Source: an uncultured Anaerolineales bacterium
Lineage (GTDB): Bacteria; Chloroflexota; Anaerolineae; Anaerolineales; UBA11858
DNA length: 64,000 bases
Direction of reading: 5' to 3'
Assembly (NCBI GenBank): GCA_964613985.1
Contig: CAZTJD010000002.1
Coordinates: forward strand, 3,664-67,663
Below the pieces are notes generated by a model. It searched no databases, was not told the origin of the DNA, and worked only from the letters and a program-made list of their open reading frames with translations. Made by a program: the position numbers and the translations under genes. The first letter of the stretch is position 1; each line of letters opens with the position of its first letter. Of the stretch, positions 29,620-39,192 are shown one piece after another.

Positions 29620-29908
29620 GGCAAGTCTCCATTTTAAACAATCGCAAGGAGAAACCAACCTGATTCTCCCTTAAGTATAACTTAACGTAGCACGTTTTTC
29701 ACTCTGGCATAGCTTCCTGGCCATCATCCCGGATGGCGATGTTTTTATGTAAAAAGGAAATGATTCATCACAGTTGTGAAGGAATCTGTTAAATTACCTT
29801 AGACGATCGGTGATTGTCTTCATTGGGCTGTTTTGAGATAACCTCATAGACACTATCAAAAAACAACTTCGTTTTCCATCCATATATTGACAATTATATG
29901 ACAAATTA

Positions 29909-29937
29909 TTGACAATAAGGGCAAATCGGTTTATAAT
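29909..29937 (+). promoter_or_regulatory. consensus sigma70 promoter TTGACA-17-TATAAT
   Basis: TTGACA at 29909-29914, a 17-nt spacer and TATAAT at 29932-29937, about 70 nt upstream of the 30008 start. Confidence 0.7.
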
Positions 29938-30007
29938 AATCAAATATAGCTGTCTATGAATCCAAAAGTAAATTCACAAGCAAGTTTATAACAATCTGGA
30001 GAAACTT

Positions 30008-30454
30008 GTGGAAATATTTGAATACGAATTTCTAGTAAATGCCTCATTGGAAAAGGTACGGATTTTCCACTATGATAGCAGCGTCCTCAAGAAGCTTAAC
30101 CCACCTCCTTTTTTTGTCCAGGTGCACCACTTCGATCCTATGGGCGAAGGTTCTATCTCCGACTTCACCCTGTGGATGGGACCATTACCAGTCCACTGGC
30201 GCGCTGTCCATAGTCAAGTAAGTGATCAAGGCTTCACGGACAATCAGGAAAGTGGACCAATGGCGCTTTGGCGACACACCCATCGTTTTGAGGCAATAAA
30301 CAACCATACCACCCTGATTCGTGAGCATATTGAATACAACCATTTTCCCGGTTGGCGCGGTCTGCTTACCAGGCTACTCTTTAGCCCCTTGCCCCTCCGA
30401 GTCTTATTCACCTACCGCAAATGGGCTACCCGACGAGAACTTAGGACTGGTTAA
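30008..30454 (+). CDS. SRPBCC (START/cyclase-like) superfamily protein
   Basis: GTG start after GGAG. About 148 aa with an LWRHTHRF pattern seen in SRPBCC ligand-binding proteins. Confidence 0.55.
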   Translation: MEIFEYEFLVNASLEKVRIFHYDSSVLKKLNPPPFFVQVHHFDPMGEGSISDFTLWMGPLPVHWRAVHSQVSDQGFTDNQESGPMALWRHTHRFEAINNHTTLIREHIEYNHFPGWRGLLTRLLFSPLPLRVLFTYRKWATRRELRTG

Positions 30455-30652
30455 CTTGAACAACCGGTGATCTGAAACTTTTGTGTTTCACTGGCTAGAA
30501 TACCGACAATTCTGGAATTCAAGCCTAAGGGTTATTAAAATAAAATTGGTTGGCAACATTGAACTGCCATTAATCATTTTTCCACATAAATCTGCCTTGA
30601 TCAGCGTCAGATAATATTTGAAGGTCGCAGCTAAGAACAGGAGAATACAACA

Positions 30653-31138
30653 ATCACTAAAGTACAACTGGACACCCCAGCCCCTGATTTTACTCTTGAA
30701 GATTTCAACGGCCAAAAGGTGACACTATCCGATTTTAAAGGTCAGAAGCAGGTCTTGCTGGTCTTCAACCGCGGTTTCGTCTGACCGTTCTGCCGCCGGC
30801 ACATGGCGCAGTTGCGCCAGGATCATGACAAGTTTAAGGAAGTTGGGGCTGAGATCCTGGTCGTAGGCCCGGAAGATAGCGACACTTTTAAAAAATACTT
30901 CCATGAGAACGACCTACCGTTTTACGGTCTCCCCGACCCAAAACACAGCGTATTGAAGCTTTACGGTCAGGAGATCAAGTTATTTAAATTCGGCCGTATG
31001 CCGGCGATGGTCATCATCGACAAAGCGAGCATGGTACGTTTCGTGCACTACGGTCACGCCATGTCCGACATCCCTGAGAACGCAGAGGTGTTAGCCACCC
31101 TGGAAGCCCTACAGGGTGAAAGGGAAGATAGACAATAA
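30653..31138 (+). CDS. predicted selenoprotein: peroxiredoxin-like (AhpC/TSA/redoxin) protein with UxxC motif
   Basis: The frame is open from 30635. The translation is ...TPAPDFTLEDFNGQKVTLSDFKGQKQVLLVFNRGFV-U-PFCRRHMAQL..., with TGA at 30782-30784 on the redox Cys position and a GC hairpin 19 nt downstream. The 5' end is uncertain because there is no ATG/GTG/TTG upstream of the conserved N-terminus. ATC at 30653 lies 9 nt after AGGAG. Confidence 0.75.
30804..30819 (+). promoter_or_regulatory. candidate bacterial SECIS hairpin
   Basis: UGGCGC-AGUU-GCGCCA is a 6-bp GC-rich stem. The apical loop contains GU and begins 25 nt after the UGA. Confidence 0.55.
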
Positions 31139-31542
31139 GAAAAGGTTCCCCCACCCTTTCACATTTTTCCTTACTTCTTTTTATTCAATCCTTCTTCCTT
31201 CAGTAAGCTTCGGATAGACTCCAGCAGCAAAGGGTATAAGTTCAGCCTTTGGCATCAGTTGACCCCCATTAGCGCCAGCGGTTCGGGCTGCCTCCAAAGC
31301 CATAAAGCTGGATAAAACCTGTTGATTTTTTTTTACCTACAGACTAAGGAAATAAACGACTCGTAGCTGAGATTTCGGGATGAAAACCTCGGAAACGCTA
31401 ATACGAAACCGCCATTCGAAGATCGGACCCTGTTACGATGAAACGAATTCATCAATCTTGTTTAATACATAACGAGAATCAAATAAAAAATTTTGGGGAA
31501 TTTGCTTCCGCAATTTACAGTATTCCCAAAAAAATTTTTGCT

Positions 31543-34500
31543 CTATTGAAACGTAATCGGTTCGATACGGACGTTATCCGTGCCAACCAGTTCCGCGATC
31601 TGGGCGATTAGGTCTTTGCAGATGCCGGTGGTTAGGTTGGGAAATTCAAGCAGGTGCCCTTTACCATGTTCGAAGATCTGAAAGGCGAAGCGGTCCACCC
31701 CTGGCCGGCAAATCAGCATCCCAAAAATTCGACGAAGAAGCAACTTATCCCTGGTCTTGTCATGACGGGGTCGCAGGATAATTGTGATCATCTGGATATC
31801 TTCAGAACCCCCAGGCCGCATCGGTGGTAGGATCGGCTTGAGTACCTTTTCTGAAATTTCCACTGGTGCCAGGGGTAGGGATTGATCCTCCTCTTCAACC
31901 TCTTCCGCTCTAATAGGAGAAGATACGGCGGAAGGAATAGTCTCCTTAATCATTGGATCACTTTCTGAAATATTTTCCTGGTCGAGTCCTTCAGCTTCGG
32001 GAGATTCATCATCTACGATTGCCATGGGTTGAGACTCTGTTCCTTGCGGATTACGAATAGATTCAGATCTACTCTCCAAGACTGTTGGTTCCTGGGTCGT
32101 GGCTTTATCATCCCAACCGAAGGGGGATTCTTCAGGCGGTGGAGGAATGAGTTTATTTTCCAAATCTGTGACGAAACCTACCAGCAGATCATCCTCCATC
32201 AGGGAGTCAGGTTCCAAAGCATGATCGGGCTTGGCGACTCCAGGTGAGGGTGCTGGCTTAGAAACGCTTGGCTTTAGCGGTCGCTGAGATGGAACAGGTT
32301 TTCGGGTTCCGAAAGTTTCCAACGGGGTTATCTGGTCGAATTCTGTGGTGATACGATCGACAAGCACTTTCGGTTCAGCCCCACGGTTATCGACCTTGCC
32401 ATCCACCATAATAATATTGTCCCATTGGATAAGCTGCTGGTATTTGGCATAGGTTCGGGGGAAGATAACCAGGTCAATCTCTCCCTGGATATCTTCGATA
32501 GTCGCAAAGGCCATGGCATCACCCCTCTTGGTAGTATGCGATCGAATACGGGTGATCAGACCAGCAACTCGTACGAGTTGTCTATCTTCTACTTCATCTA
32601 ATTCACTAGCGGAATGAGTAATATTCTTACGGATCACCTCCATCACTGGACTGAGCGGATGATCGGAGACATAAAGTCCTATGAGATCGCGTTCCCAATT
32701 GAGCTGCTCGCGGCGGGTGACATCCACACTCGTCGCTTGCAACACGATCTTCTCAACCAAGCCCATCTTTGAGCTAAAAAAAGACATCTGTCCTGTGTCC
32801 GCAGCTTTAAAGTGTGAAGCACTAATGGACATAATCCTGTCCAGGGCATCTAACAAGGCAGTGCGGTGCCCAAAGGCAGTAAATGCACCTACCTTTACCA
32901 GGCACTCCAGGGCTCTCTTTCCAACTTTACGCAGGTCTACCCGGCGTACAAAATCATTCAAACCTTGAAAAGGTCCTTCCTCTCGCCCTTCAAGGATATA
33001 GTCCACCGGTCCATGCCCAACATTCTTAACCGCTCCCAAGCCGAAACGGATCGATGAAGTACCGTCTTCATGGTCTTCTATGGTGAAATCCCAACCACTT
33101 TTATTAATATCTGGCGGTAGCACTTCAATTCCCATTCGGTGGCAGTCAGCGACATAAAGAGCAACCTTTTCTGTGTTATTCTGCTCGACTGCCAGCAAGG
33201 CGGTCATATATTCCACCGCATAATGGGTTTTCAGATAAGCAGTCTGGACCGCAATGACGCCATAATCCGCAGCATGTCCCTTGGGGAACCCGTATCGAGC
33301 AAAAGCTTCCCACTGATTAAAGATATCGTCAGCGATCTCGGCTGAAACACCATTTTGAACAGCACCACTTACAAAACGATCCCTTTGTTTGAGCAGTTCT
33401 TGTTCTTTCTTTTTCGCTACGGTCTTACGCAGGAAATCAGCTTCCGAAGCAGTGTAATTTGCCAGGTCCATGGCAGTATACATGATTTGTTCCTGGTAGA
33501 CCGTGATACCATATGTCTCTTCCAGGATCGGTTCTAATTTTGGATCCAGGTATTCGATTTCTTGCTCACCATGCATCCGAGCAATATAATCGGGGATGAA
33601 ATCCATTGGCCCAGGACGAAAAAGTGCAACCATGGCAATCACGTGGTCAAGATTCTGTGGCTTCATCTCCATCAAATAACGCCGCATTCCTGACCCTTCT
33701 ACCTGGAAAACACCGGCTGTCTCCCCACGACCTAAAAGTTCGAAAGTTTCAGGATCGTCACGGGGGATATTATCTAGGTTAAATTCCACCCCGTGTCGTT
33801 CGCAGATCAAATCACAGGCACGAGCCATGACCGTTAAAGTGGATAGTCCGAGAAAATCGACTTTGAGTAAACCCTGCTCATCGATAACAGACATGGCAAA
33901 CTGGGTTACTGTCTTAATTGGTGAATCCTGGGCAGAACCCGTTGGACGATGCAGAGGCAGGTACTCAATTATTGGCTTATCAGTAACTACCACACCGGCA
34001 GCATGGGTACCAGCATTACGAACCACCCCCTCCATACCCTTGGCTGTATCGATCAATTCACTGATATACGGGGCTGAGTTATAAGCCATCTTAAATTCGG
34101 GCACGGTTTCTAGGGCGTCCCCAATGGTGACTGGCTTCCCAGGGATATTGGGGATCAGCTTGGCAACCCGATCCACCTCAGGAAGGGGCACATCCTGCAC
34201 CCTGCCCACATCGCGTATCGCCGCCCTTGCTTTCATGGTGCCAAATGTTATGATCTGGGCAACTTTGTCGTCGCCATATTTCATGGCGCAGTATTCCATC
34301 ATCTCTGCTCGGCGGTCATCTCTGAAGTCCAGATCAATGTCAGGCATGGAAACGCGGCCGGGATTAAGAAAACGCTCAAAAATCAGGCCGTGTTCGATGG
34401 GATCAACCAGGGTTATATAAAGTGAATAGGCAACGATAGACCCTGCTGCAGAACCACGAGCGTTGTACCAAATTCCATGCTTCCGGGCATAAACGCATAA

Positions 34501-35529
34501 ATCCCACACGATCAAGAAATAAGCGTCAAATCCCATCTTGTTGATGATGTCTAATTCGTATTCCAGTCTCTGGCGAATGACAGGGTCTTGTACGCGATCA
34601 CCATAGCGACTGACCAAGCCATCTTCACATTGCTTGCGAAGGTAGTTCGCAGCGTCAAAACCCTCGGGGACAGGGAAATCGGGCAGATGGTAACCCTTGA
34701 AGTCCAGGTCAATATTACATCGTTCTGCAATCCACAATGTATTGCTGATGGCTTCCGGCACATCCGAGAAGATGTCTGCCATCTCCTGTGCTGTCCGAAG
34801 ATAATATGTTGCGCTTGACATCTTCATCCGATTCGGGTCACTCAATAAAGACCCGGTCTGTACTGCCAGTAAGATGTCTTGCAATTTTGCATCCTCTGCT
34901 TGTATATAATGAACGTCATTGGTTGCTACATACCTGGCCTGGTAGTGGGGACCAAACTCCAATAAGACTTTATTGATATTTAATAGCTCGGGGATGTCAT
35001 GCTCTTGCAGTTCAAGAAAGAAATTATCTGGTCCAAACACATCGTAATACCAATCCAGTTTCTTTCTCGCCTCGGCAATCTGTCCTCGTTCAATGGCACG
35101 AGGAATTTCCGCAGACATGCATCCGGATGTGGCAATCAATCCCTCTGAATGGGTAGCCAGGAACTCATGATCAATTCGGGGGTAATAGTAAAAGCCCTCC
35201 AGCTGGGCTGCTGAAGCAATCTTGAGCAAATTTTGGTAGCCTGTCTGGTTTTCCGCCAACAGCAAGAGATGGCTTGATTTCTTATCCAAGCGGGCGTCAC
35301 GGTTTTGCATCCGCCGGGCGGCCAGATAAGCCTCAACACCAATGATCGGTTTGACCCCTCTTCTTTTTGCTGCATTGTAGAAATCGATCACACCAAACAT
35401 CGTGCCATGATCGGTGATGGCAAGGGCAGGCATCTCTAGTTCAGCAGCGCGAGCAACTAATTTTTGGATATTGCTGAAGCCATCTAAAAGAGAATATTCG
35501 GTATGAACGTGGAGATGGGCAAATGACAT
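31543..35529 (-). CDS. dnaE: DNA polymerase III alpha subunit with long C-terminal extension
   Basis: PHP domain MSFAHLHVHTEYSLLDG, palm/fingers motifs and an OB fold. These are followed by about 170 aa of P/E/S-rich linker and a roughly 95-aa terminal domain. Total length is 1328 aa. Confidence 0.95.
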   Translation of the reverse strand: MSFAHLHVHTEYSLLDGFSNIQKLVARAAELEMPALAITDHGTMFGVIDFYNAAKRRGVKPIIGVEAYLAARRMQNRDARLDKKSSHLLLLAENQTGYQNLLKIASAAQLEGFYYYPRIDHEFLATHSEGLIATSGCMSAEIPRAIERGQIAEARKKLDWYYDVFGPDNFFLELQEHDIPELLNINKVLLEFGPHYQARYVATNDVHYIQAEDAKLQDILLAVQTGSLLSDPNRMKMSSATYYLRTAQEMADIFSDVPEAISNTLWIAERCNIDLDFKGYHLPDFPVPEGFDAANYLRKQCEDGLVSRYGDRVQDPVIRQRLEYELDIINKMGFDAYFLIVWDLCVYARKHGIWYNARGSAAGSIVAYSLYITLVDPIEHGLIFERFLNPGRVSMPDIDLDFRDDRRAEMMEYCAMKYGDDKVAQIITFGTMKARAAIRDVGRVQDVPLPEVDRVAKLIPNIPGKPVTIGDALETVPEFKMAYNSAPYISELIDTAKGMEGVVRNAGTHAAGVVVTDKPIIEYLPLHRPTGSAQDSPIKTVTQFAMSVIDEQGLLKVDFLGLSTLTVMARACDLICERHGVEFNLDNIPRDDPETFELLGRGETAGVFQVEGSGMRRYLMEMKPQNLDHVIAMVALFRPGPMDFIPDYIARMHGEQEIEYLDPKLEPILEETYGITVYQEQIMYTAMDLANYTASEADFLRKTVAKKKEQELLKQRDRFVSGAVQNGVSAEIADDIFNQWEAFARYGFPKGHAADYGVIAVQTAYLKTHYAVEYMTALLAVEQNNTEKVALYVADCHRMGIEVLPPDINKSGWDFTIEDHEDGTSSIRFGLGAVKNVGHGPVDYILEGREEGPFQGLNDFVRRVDLRKVGKRALECLVKVGAFTAFGHRTALLDALDRIMSISASHFKAADTGQMSFFSSKMGLVEKIVLQATSVDVTRREQLNWERDLIGLYVSDHPLSPVMEVIRKNITHSASELDEVEDRQLVRVAGLITRIRSHTTKRGDAMAFATIEDIQGEIDLVIFPRTYAKYQQLIQWDNIIMVDGKVDNRGAEPKVLVDRITTEFDQITPLETFGTRKPVPSQRPLKPSVSKPAPSPGVAKPDHALEPDSLMEDDLLVGFVTDLENKLIPPPPEESPFGWDDKATTQEPTVLESRSESIRNPQGTESQPMAIVDDESPEAEGLDQENISESDPMIKETIPSAVSSPIRAEEVEEEDQSLPLAPVEISEKVLKPILPPMRPGGSEDIQMITIILRPRHDKTRDKLLLRRIFGMLICRPGVDRFAFQIFEHGKGHLLEFPNLTTGICKDLIAQIAELVGTDNVRIEPITFQ

Positions 35530-35961
35530 GATAGGTCGTTTACTCAGTGGTGGCTTGGTTTGCTCCCATGACTTATCTTCTGGCTAATGACAAATTTGAT
35601 TATAGCATGGACGCCCTGTTTTCTATATCCATTGGTCTTAAAGTTTCCAATATTTTAAGAGAGGGGGGGATAGTTGCCAAGTGTTGCCGTAATTGGATAG
35701 ATTTTCAGAAAATTAACCTGGTTTGATACCGATATATTTAACGAGTTCTCACTAAAATCATATAAATTTGGCCTAAGATATCATGTAATAAATAAATAAC
35801 TCACAATTCTACATTTGGAGCAACACTTCACAGCGATATTAAGGACGGGTTATAGGAAATACCAAGATCAGCACCCTTGTTCTGCTGTGGTAAGATAAAA
35901 CTGGTGGAAAGGTTGCAGTCAAGAGCATTCGGTTTTTCCAACCTGATAGAGGAGTACTACA

Positions 35962-36915
35962 ATGAAAGTTGGCATAATTGGCGCTGGGGCGGTGGGTGCA
36001 TCAACGGCTTTCGCTATGGTGATGCGCGGTATTGCCCGAGAAATTATCCTTGTCGACATTAACCGGGAACGTGCCCAGGCCGAAGCAGATGATATCCTAC
36101 ACGCTGTCCCTTTCGCACACCCGACAAGGGTGTCTGCTGGTGGATATGAACAGTTAAGCGGCAGCAAGGTGGTGATTATCACCGCTGGAGCTGCACAAAA
36201 AGAAGGGGAAAACCGCCTGGAATTGTTGGCGCGCAATGCAACTATTTTCCGAAAATTAGTACCCAGTATCTTTGAGTATAGCCAGGATGCGATTATCCTG
36301 ATCTCCACTAACCCAGTAGATGTACTCACCCATCTGACGGCTGATATTGCCGATGACTATGGCATCCACCACTCACGGGTCATCGGTTCAGGAACCACCC
36401 TCGACACAGCTCGTTTTCGGGCTTTATTAGGACAGCACCTGGGCATTGACCCACCCCATATACACGGTTACGTGTTAGGAGAACACGGCGATTCAGAGGT
36501 ATTCCCCTGGTCAATGGTCACGGTTGGCGGTGTTCCCCTTGATGTCTTTTGTGACCAATGGAATATATGTACAGATGAAGATGTACGGAAAGATATCGAG
36601 GCCCGTGTCCGTGGTGCAGCAAACAGGATTATCGCAGGTAAAGGGAACACCTCCTATGGAATCAGCAGTGCCCTCACCCGAATCGTAGAAGTGATCCTGC
36701 ACGATCAGCGATCCCTGCTTACGGTTTGTTCACCGGTTCCTAAAGTTGTCGGGGTTAGCAATGTGACCATTTCTGTGCCTCACCTTGTCGGCGGAAAAGG
36801 TATCCTAGATACAATATTGCTTCCCCTTTCCCTCTCGAAGATTGAGGAATCTCTCCTCAGGACCAGCGCGAAGGTCGTGAAACAGGCTTATGAAGGTATC
36901 AACAAGGAAAAATAA
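35962..36915 (+). CDS. ldh: L-lactate dehydrogenase
   Basis: MKVGIIGAGAVG, a substrate-loop Gln in AGAAQKEGENRLEL (LDH type rather than MDH type) and GEHGDSE. Confidence 0.85.
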   Translation: MKVGIIGAGAVGASTAFAMVMRGIAREIILVDINRERAQAEADDILHAVPFAHPTRVSAGGYEQLSGSKVVIITAGAAQKEGENRLELLARNATIFRKLVPSIFEYSQDAIILISTNPVDVLTHLTADIADDYGIHHSRVIGSGTTLDTARFRALLGQHLGIDPPHIHGYVLGEHGDSEVFPWSMVTVGGVPLDVFCDQWNICTDEDVRKDIEARVRGAANRIIAGKGNTSYGISSALTRIVEVILHDQRSLLTVCSPVPKVVGVSNVTISVPHLVGGKGILDTILLPLSLSKIEESLLRTSAKVVKQAYEGINKEK

Positions 36916-38331
36916 ATGACCCCTGCGATCTGGTGGATTCGGCGTGATCTACGATTACTGGACAATCCGGCTTTACAAGCTAGCCTGGAAAGCGCTTCAA
37001 GTATCATCCCGGTCTTTATATTAGACCCAATCCTCATTGAATCCCCTAAAATCTCCAGGTCAAGGCTTTCTTTCCTTTATGGAGGGCTGGAACAGCTACA
37101 AGCAGACCTCTCTTCATGTGGCAGCCGTCTGATCATCCGGAAGGGAATTCCGACATTTGTTTTGAATGAGCTCTTTCAGGAAAGTGGTGCTATTGGGATC
37201 TTTGCCGAAGCAGATTACACCCCTTACGCCCAAAAACGCGATAAAGAGGTGGGTGCCAAACTCCCGCTGGTATTGACAGGAGGTTCAAGCTTCAGCCACC
37301 CAGAGGTAGTTATGAAAGCAAATGGAACCCCCTATACCGTATTTACGCCCTTTATGCGCTCATGGAAAGGCATTCACCATCCAACTGCTGCCAATTTAAT
37401 CCATAGACCGAAAGAGATTCCTACCCCAATGGATATCATCAGCGATCCGATACCGAAGCTATCTCCATCGGAGGAAAGCCAAACAAGCTTTCCCCCGGGA
37501 GAAGCGATCGCACAGCAGCGGCTGAAACTGTTCACCACCGGGGAGGGAGCACCAATCTACCAGTACACAGACTTGCGGAACTGTATGGATCTGGAGGGCA
37601 CCTCCCAACTCTCCCCTTACCTTCATTTCGGGATGATCTCGGTTAGAGCTGCGTTCATGGCAGCAAACAAAGCCATATCCCAAGCATCAGATGACCAATC
37701 TCGCCTTGGTGCTGAGACCTGGTTAAATGAGTTAATTTGGAGGGAATTTTACATCTCAATTCTGTATCATTTTCCTCATGTTCTCAGGCAAAGCTTCAGA
37801 CCAGATTACAGGCGAATTCCATGGTTAAATAACCAAGACGAATTCCTTACCTGGTGTCGGGGGAATACAGGCTATCCGATTGTCGACGCAGCCATGCACC
37901 AACTGGCAAAGACGGGCTGGATGCACAACCGGGCACGGATGATTACTGCATCTTTCTTAGTCAAAGACTTGCTGATTGATTGGCGCTGGGGAGAGCGTTG
38001 GTTTCTGCAGAACCTTGTCGATGGAGATTCAGCAGCTAACAATGGTGGCTGGCAGTGGACAGCAGGAACTGGAACGGACGCTGCGCCTTATTTTCGAATC
38101 TTCAATCCCATCCTGCAGGGGAAGAAATATGATCCAGATGGTGTTTACATCCGCAGGTGGCTTCCTGCATTGACTAATGTCCCCAATAAGTATATCCATA
38201 CCCCCTGGGAGATGCCGGAAGGTTTCCAAAGCAAATCTAACTGTATAATTGGTAAGCATTATCCACCCCCCATTATAGACCATGCTTTCGCCAGGCAGCG
38301 CGCTTTAGAGGCATTCAAAGCTGTCAAATAA
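36916..38331 (+). CDS. phr: deoxyribodipyrimidine photolyase / cryptochrome family protein
   Basis: WWIRRDLRLLDN N-terminus. C-terminal FAD-binding motifs WREFY, GWMHNRARM and DGDSAANNGGWQW. Confidence 0.9.
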   Translation: MTPAIWWIRRDLRLLDNPALQASLESASSIIPVFILDPILIESPKISRSRLSFLYGGLEQLQADLSSCGSRLIIRKGIPTFVLNELFQESGAIGIFAEADYTPYAQKRDKEVGAKLPLVLTGGSSFSHPEVVMKANGTPYTVFTPFMRSWKGIHHPTAANLIHRPKEIPTPMDIISDPIPKLSPSEESQTSFPPGEAIAQQRLKLFTTGEGAPIYQYTDLRNCMDLEGTSQLSPYLHFGMISVRAAFMAANKAISQASDDQSRLGAETWLNELIWREFYISILYHFPHVLRQSFRPDYRRIPWLNNQDEFLTWCRGNTGYPIVDAAMHQLAKTGWMHNRARMITASFLVKDLLIDWRWGERWFLQNLVDGDSAANNGGWQWTAGTGTDAAPYFRIFNPILQGKKYDPDGVYIRRWLPALTNVPNKYIHTPWEMPEGFQSKSNCIIGKHYPPPIIDHAFARQRALEAFKAVK

Positions 38332-38341
38332 CACCAGAGGT

Positions 38342-39148
38342 TCAATCCTTTACAGCTGTAAATAAACCGCTTTCTTTCTTTACGTGAATTACGCCGCCAC
38401 TAGCTGCCATTTGTAGCATAAGATAGTTTGCCAACGCTTCATCCCTGCCCTCAACCTGATCAAAGCGAACTGTTGAGAGGATATAAGCTACGAGGGGTTC
38501 TATCTCAGTAATGAGTAGAGAATCCGGGTAGCGGTCGATCTTAACCTGGTTAAACCAATCCAGGAGTTGTGCCTTGCCGTTCTCCAGGGTAAACGGTCTG
38601 TCATCACTTTTAAAAACATCAATAACGGCTGGGTCAAATCGTTCCACAAGATTAGATATTTCTTCAAGATGGTTTTCACCGATGGTGGTTGCATAAAACC
38701 AACCTCCTGGTTTCAATACCCGGTGAATCTCTGCAAGTGCCTTTTGACAGTCGGGGACGTGGTAAAGGAAGTGGTTAGCAATCACAGCATGGAACTTTTC
38801 TTCCCCAAAGGGTATCGATTGGGTATCTATAACGCTGAAGAAATATTCGGGGGCTTGCTCAGTGAGGTTATTACGGGCTTGAGACACCATCCCTTTAGAA
38901 AAATCCGACAGGGTAATCTTCGAATCCGCCGGAACGCGGTGAGAATTCTGCAGCCAAAGATCACCAGGACCACAACCTAACTCTAGGACATGGGCTTTCC
39001 CACCAAACGTAAAATGGTCAAAAACCCATTTGAACCAGCCGTAATCATTGGCGCTAAATTGCGAGTGCAAGGTTATACGGGCATTCAGATTTTCTGAAGT
39101 ATGATATTGCTCGTTTTGTAGATATTTGGTATCTTGGAGTTTCGACAT
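38342..39148 (-). CDS. class I SAM-dependent methyltransferase
   Basis: VLELGCGPGDLW motif I and LKPGGWF post-motif. The ATG at 39148 is preferred over the longer track start. Confidence 0.8.
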   Translation of the reverse strand: MSKLQDTKYLQNEQYHTSENLNARITLHSQFSANDYGWFKWVFDHFTFGGKAHVLELGCGPGDLWLQNSHRVPADSKITLSDFSKGMVSQARNNLTEQAPEYFFSVIDTQSIPFGEEKFHAVIANHFLYHVPDCQKALAEIHRVLKPGGWFYATTIGENHLEEISNLVERFDPAVIDVFKSDDRPFTLENGKAQLLDWFNQVKIDRYPDSLLITEIEPLVAYILSTVRFDQVEGRDEALANYLMLQMAASGGVIHVKKESGLFTAVKD

Positions 39149-39192
39149 AAATCTTCGAAAAAATATCCGTAACAGAGGAAATCCAACTATTA

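Noticed and set aside
31543-35529. Many 60-100 aa ORFs on the plus strand or in off-frames inside dnaE (for example 32681..32968, 34124..34420, 35136..35375)
   Set aside because: They are antisense or alternative-frame ORFs nested in a long gene that is clearly homologous to DnaE. They are typical shadow ORFs.
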